Source: an uncultured Eubacteriales bacterium (lineage in GTDB: Bacteria; Bacillota; Clostridia; TANB77; RGIG9151). From it: DNA of 9,544 bases. The DNA lies in the NCBI GenBank assembly GCA_964640345.1, contig CAZXFU010000006.1:1-9544 (forward strand), in the 5' to 3' direction. Below the pieces are notes generated by a model. It ran no database searches. It was not told where the DNA came from and saw only the letters and a list, made by a program, of their open reading frames with translations. This document shows positions 7,330 to 9,544 of the stretch, one piece after another. Within the stretch, counting starts at the first letter, position 1. Each line of letters begins with the position of its first letter. The position numbers and the translations under genes are program-made.

Positions 7330-8007
7330 TTATAATACAAATATTAGAACACACAAAATATGCAGAATACTTGCAAACAAGCAACACATATGAAAAATAG
7401 AATGCATCCACTTATGATTCTTTCCTTTTCCATACAAAATTGCCCCTATCGAGTAAACAACACCGCCGGCAACAAGAAGTGTAAAGCCAATCCCCCCAAG
7501 ACTGTCCAAAAGTATCCTTGCGGAAAAAATTATAAGCCAACCCATTGCCAAATAACAAACCATAGAAAAAGCCTTAAACTTTTTAAGATCAATCGAATTA
7601 AAAACTATGCCTAAAACAGCAACTCCCCATATAACTCCGAAAATCGACCAACCAAGAGCCGAGCTATATTCTCTTAAAGTACATAACGTAAAAGGCGTAT
7701 ACGAGCCTGCAATAAGTAAAAAAATAGAACAATGATCAATAACCTGAAATACTTTTTTTGCCATAAGATTTGGGTTTAACCCATGATAGATACTGGACAT
7801 CGTATATAACAGTAATAACGTAATACCAAACACAATAGAAGACGCAACGCCATATCCATTATCTCTCATAGCAGAAATAATAATACCAAGAACCAAAGCA
7901 GCAATACCACAAACCGCAGCAACAATATGTGAGACCATATTAAAGATCTCTTCACCCCTAGTGTAAGTCGGCAAAACCCTATCAATCAATTTTATTCTCT
8001 TTGACAT
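7330..8007 (-). CDS. Hemolysin III / PAQR family integral membrane protein (YplQ/TrhA-like, 225 aa)
   Basis: The product has seven hydrophobic segments and the family signatures: E..N..SH near the N-terminus (EEIFNMVSHIV), SSIYH, DH..I (VIDHCSIFLLIAGSYTP) and C-terminal H..FH (HSIFHMCCL). A GAGGTG Shine-Dalgarno (complement of 8013-8018) lies upstream of the ATG at 8007. Confidence 0.88.
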   Translation of the reverse strand: MSKRIKLIDRVLPTYTRGEEIFNMVSHIVAAVCGIAALVLGIIISAMRDNGYGVASSIVFGITLLLLYTMSSIYHGLNPNLMAKKVFQVIDHCSIFLLIAGSYTPFTLCTLREYSSALGWSIFGVIWGVAVLGIVFNSIDLKKFKAFSMVCYLAMGWLIIFSARILLDSLGGIGFTLLVAGGVVYSIGAILYGKGKNHKWMHSIFHMCCLFASILHILCVLIFVL

Positions 8008-8042
8008 TTTGTCACCTCACAAATCTTAAACACTTCCTATAT

Positions 8043-8071
8043 AATTTATTACAATATTTATTGGATGTCAA
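8043..8071 (-). promoter_or_regulatory. Possible sigma-A promoter for the hlyIII-recD2 unit (TTGACA-17 nt-TAAATT)
   Basis: On the minus strand, TTGACA (complement of 8066-8071) is followed by a 17-nt spacer and TAAATT (complement of 8043-8048). The element sits between the upstream terminator and the hlyIII ribosome-binding site. The -10 matches only 4/6, and the AT-rich context makes chance matches likely. Confidence 0.3.
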
Positions 8072-8109
8072 ATAAAAAACTTACCTTAAATAGGAAATAG
8101 TATGCCTAC

Positions 8110-8146
8110 AAAAAATAAGGATGGAAAATCTTTTTCGGATTTTCCA
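8110..8146 (-). terminator. Rho-independent terminator after the repeat/ParA-like gene
   Basis: The minus-strand RNA reads UGGAAAAUC-CGAAAAA-GAUUUUCCA. This is a perfect 9-bp stem (8122-8130 / 8138-8146) followed by UCCUUAUUUUUUG. It lies about 70 nt after the TAA stop at 8217-8219. Confidence 0.72.
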
Positions 8147-8216
8147 CCCCAACTATTGACTTAGAACCTTTTATTAAACCCATACATCATTATTTATAGG
8201 CTTTTTCACAGCTCTT

Positions 8217-9544
8217 TTATCTCTTCTTAAATATATTCTTTATAAATCCGCCTTCCTCGGTATGTCTTGACATAGGTCGCGAGCCAATCGGAAAGACATC
8301 TTGGATTATAATAGAAATAGCCTGTTTAAAATCTTCCGAGAAACCTGCAAAATTCATTTTACCGGTACTTACATTCTCAATATACCTTAAGTAATTCTGC
8401 TCATCAAACTGTACAATAAATCTCTTAACATTCCTCGGCAACAAATTTTCTTCCATAACGCTAAAATCAGGACTTGTATAATATGCTAACGATCCTAAAA
8501 TATCATCAACTTTAACCACAGACTTCATATACTTGTTAATGATTACGGATATCTTATTAGTATCTACATCAGCACTTTTTAATTCCCTTAAGAACATCGT
8601 TATAGGTAAGATATTCAATGTATCCATGTCTTGAACCACATAAATAGATTGAGCATATCTAAACACGTCAGGAGCATCTTTTTTAGTAACAAAATCACAA
8701 TCAATCAATACAACCGAATGTTCACGCTTTGCAATCTCTATAGCTTTATAGACATCTAATTTACTCTTACTTGTCCTTGGAACGCCGGTATAAATACTTA
8801 AATTCCCTAGTTTAAAGGGTCTGTCCTGACCAATCGCAAGATTGTTCAAACTATTTGCTGCAACTTCCTTTTGATCAAGATCCTTATTAGTATAAATCAA
8901 ATAACTGTCTTTACTATAAGTCAAATCCAATATAGCAACATTAACGCCTCTTCCTGCTAAAACATTTGCTATTGCATTGATAATAAAAGTCGTACCGGTT
9001 TTATGTGCTCCAACAAAACATACTGCCTTCTTATAATCTCTTGGCGTATCATACACTTCTTTAATTACTTCTTTTTCAATAACTTGAGTAACTGTTTGAA
9101 TTCTAGACTCTTCAGGTGTAGGACGAGGAGGTTGGAATCTAGAAGGTGACACATACGAAGGTTTTAAGATTTCCGGTTCGGCAGTTTTCTTTGCTTCAAG
9201 TTCCCGCCTCTTTTTCTCTTCTTCTGCTGCTTTTTTCTTTACCTCGGCTTCAATTCTAAGCCTTTCCTCTTCGGCTTTCCTCTTTGCCTCTTCTTCTTCA
9301 ACTCTAATTCTTTCCTCTTCAGCTTTTTTCTTTGCCTCGGCTTCAATTCTAAGCCTTTCCTCTTCGGCTTTTTTCTTTGCCTCGGCTTCAACTCTAATTC
9401 TTTCTTCTTCAGCTTTTTTCTTTGCCTCAGCTTCAATTCTAAGCCTTTCTTCTTCGGCTTTTTTCTTTGCCTCGGCTTCAATTCTAAGCCTTTCTTCTTC
9501 GGCTTTTCTCTTTGTCTCTTCTTCTAGTCTAAGCCTTTCCTCTT
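8217..9544 (-). CDS. 5'-truncated CDS: charged ER/K-type 15-aa tandem-repeat region, then a Pro-rich linker, then a C-terminal MinD/ParA-fold domain with a non-canonical P-loop. Function unknown.
   Basis: The frame of ORF 8217..9152 stays open for every triplet from 9153 to 9542 (130 codons read by hand). There is no stop, and also no ATG, GTG or TTG. The ORF-track 'M' at 9152 is a GTG with no Shine-Dalgarno upstream. The upstream translation is ...[43 protein letters not shown]...[25 protein letters not shown]. The C-terminal part aligns by eye to MinD: [35 protein letters not shown] versus [45 protein letters not shown] versus [20 protein letters not shown] versus [21 protein letters not shown] versus RLVVNRI. 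Confidence 0.7.
   Translation of the reverse strand, partial: [441 protein letters not shown]
9242..9544 (-). repeat. In-frame 45-bp tandem repeat, at least 6.5 copies, running off the window edge
   Basis: Plus-strand units of cctcggcttcaattctaagcctttcctcttcggcttttttctttg begin at about 9242, 9287 (a 48-bp unit), 9335, 9380, 9425, 9470 and 9515 (diverged, partial). Two subtypes occur, caattctaagcc (LRI) and caactctaattc (IRV). Copies differ at only a few positions. A more degenerate copy spans 9181-9241. Confidence 0.92.

Noticed and set aside
9150-9152. GTG used by the ORF track as the start of the 311-aa ORF
   Set aside because: No Shine-Dalgarno lies upstream, and the frame is open with sense codons for a further 130 codons to the window edge. 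A start beyond the window is more likely.
9239-9481. 80-aa minus-strand ORF (MKPRQRKKPKKKGLELK...) in the repeat
   Set aside because: It is an alternative reading frame of the same 45-bp repeat. It begins at a TTG, not an ATG, has no ribosome-binding site, and terminates just before the repeat ends. The other frame is continuous with the downstream 311-aa domain and gives an ER/K-type sequence, so this ORF is a repeat-induced shadow.
9242-9544. Possibility that the regular 45-bp repeats are a CRISPR array
   Set aside because: The units are directly abutting with no unique spacers. They are in-frame multiples of 3 (45 or 48 bp), lack the internal dyad symmetry that many CRISPR repeats show, and translate to a coherent periodic peptide.
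1-9544. Mobile element, prophage, defence island or horizontally acquired segment
   Set aside because: There are no integrase, transposase or recombinase genes, no terminal inverted repeats, no tRNA attachment site and no evident compositional break. Gene content is core housekeeping apart from the rightmost gene.

Overview
This is an AT-rich, Firmicutes/Clostridia-style chromosomal segment. All ten credible genes lie on the minus strand and are tightly packed. In transcription order (right to left) they are:
- a 5'-truncated gene for a highly charged tandem-repeat protein ending in a MinD/ParA-fold domain (8217..>9544), followed by a clean intrinsic terminator;
- a hemolysin-III/PAQR membrane protein;
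- the RecD2 helicase;
- recA, with a consensus sigma-A promoter and a GAAC-N4-GTTC LexA (Cheo) box;
- an unusually long 240-nt spacer;
- recX, purine nucleoside phosphorylase (punA), and scpA-scpB (SMC kleisin partners);
- the sporulation pair ytfI-like (DUF2953) and ytfJ, the latter cut by the left edge.

Most of the window is ordinary core DNA-maintenance and sporulation housekeeping. I see no rRNA, tRNA, CRISPR array, transposase, integrase or recognisable defence system.

The one candidate for something undescribed is the rightmost gene. The supplied ORF track splits it into two ORFs. Reading the triplets shows a single frame open from 8217 to the window edge. It encodes at least 6.5 near-identical 15-aa (45-bp) [15 protein letters not shown] units (ER/K, single-alpha-helix-like), a Pro-rich linker, and a MinD/ParA-like domain in which both canonical Walker-A lysines are replaced (GAHKTGTT). 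Its N-terminus and upstream neighbours are off-window, so its function cannot be assigned here.

Secondary points of interest:
- a perfect 16-bp palindrome just upstream of the recA -35;
- the structured recA-recX spacer, which contains hairpins, a 9-nt direct repeat and a 37-codon sORF with a strong Shine-Dalgarno that conflicts with a terminator reading.
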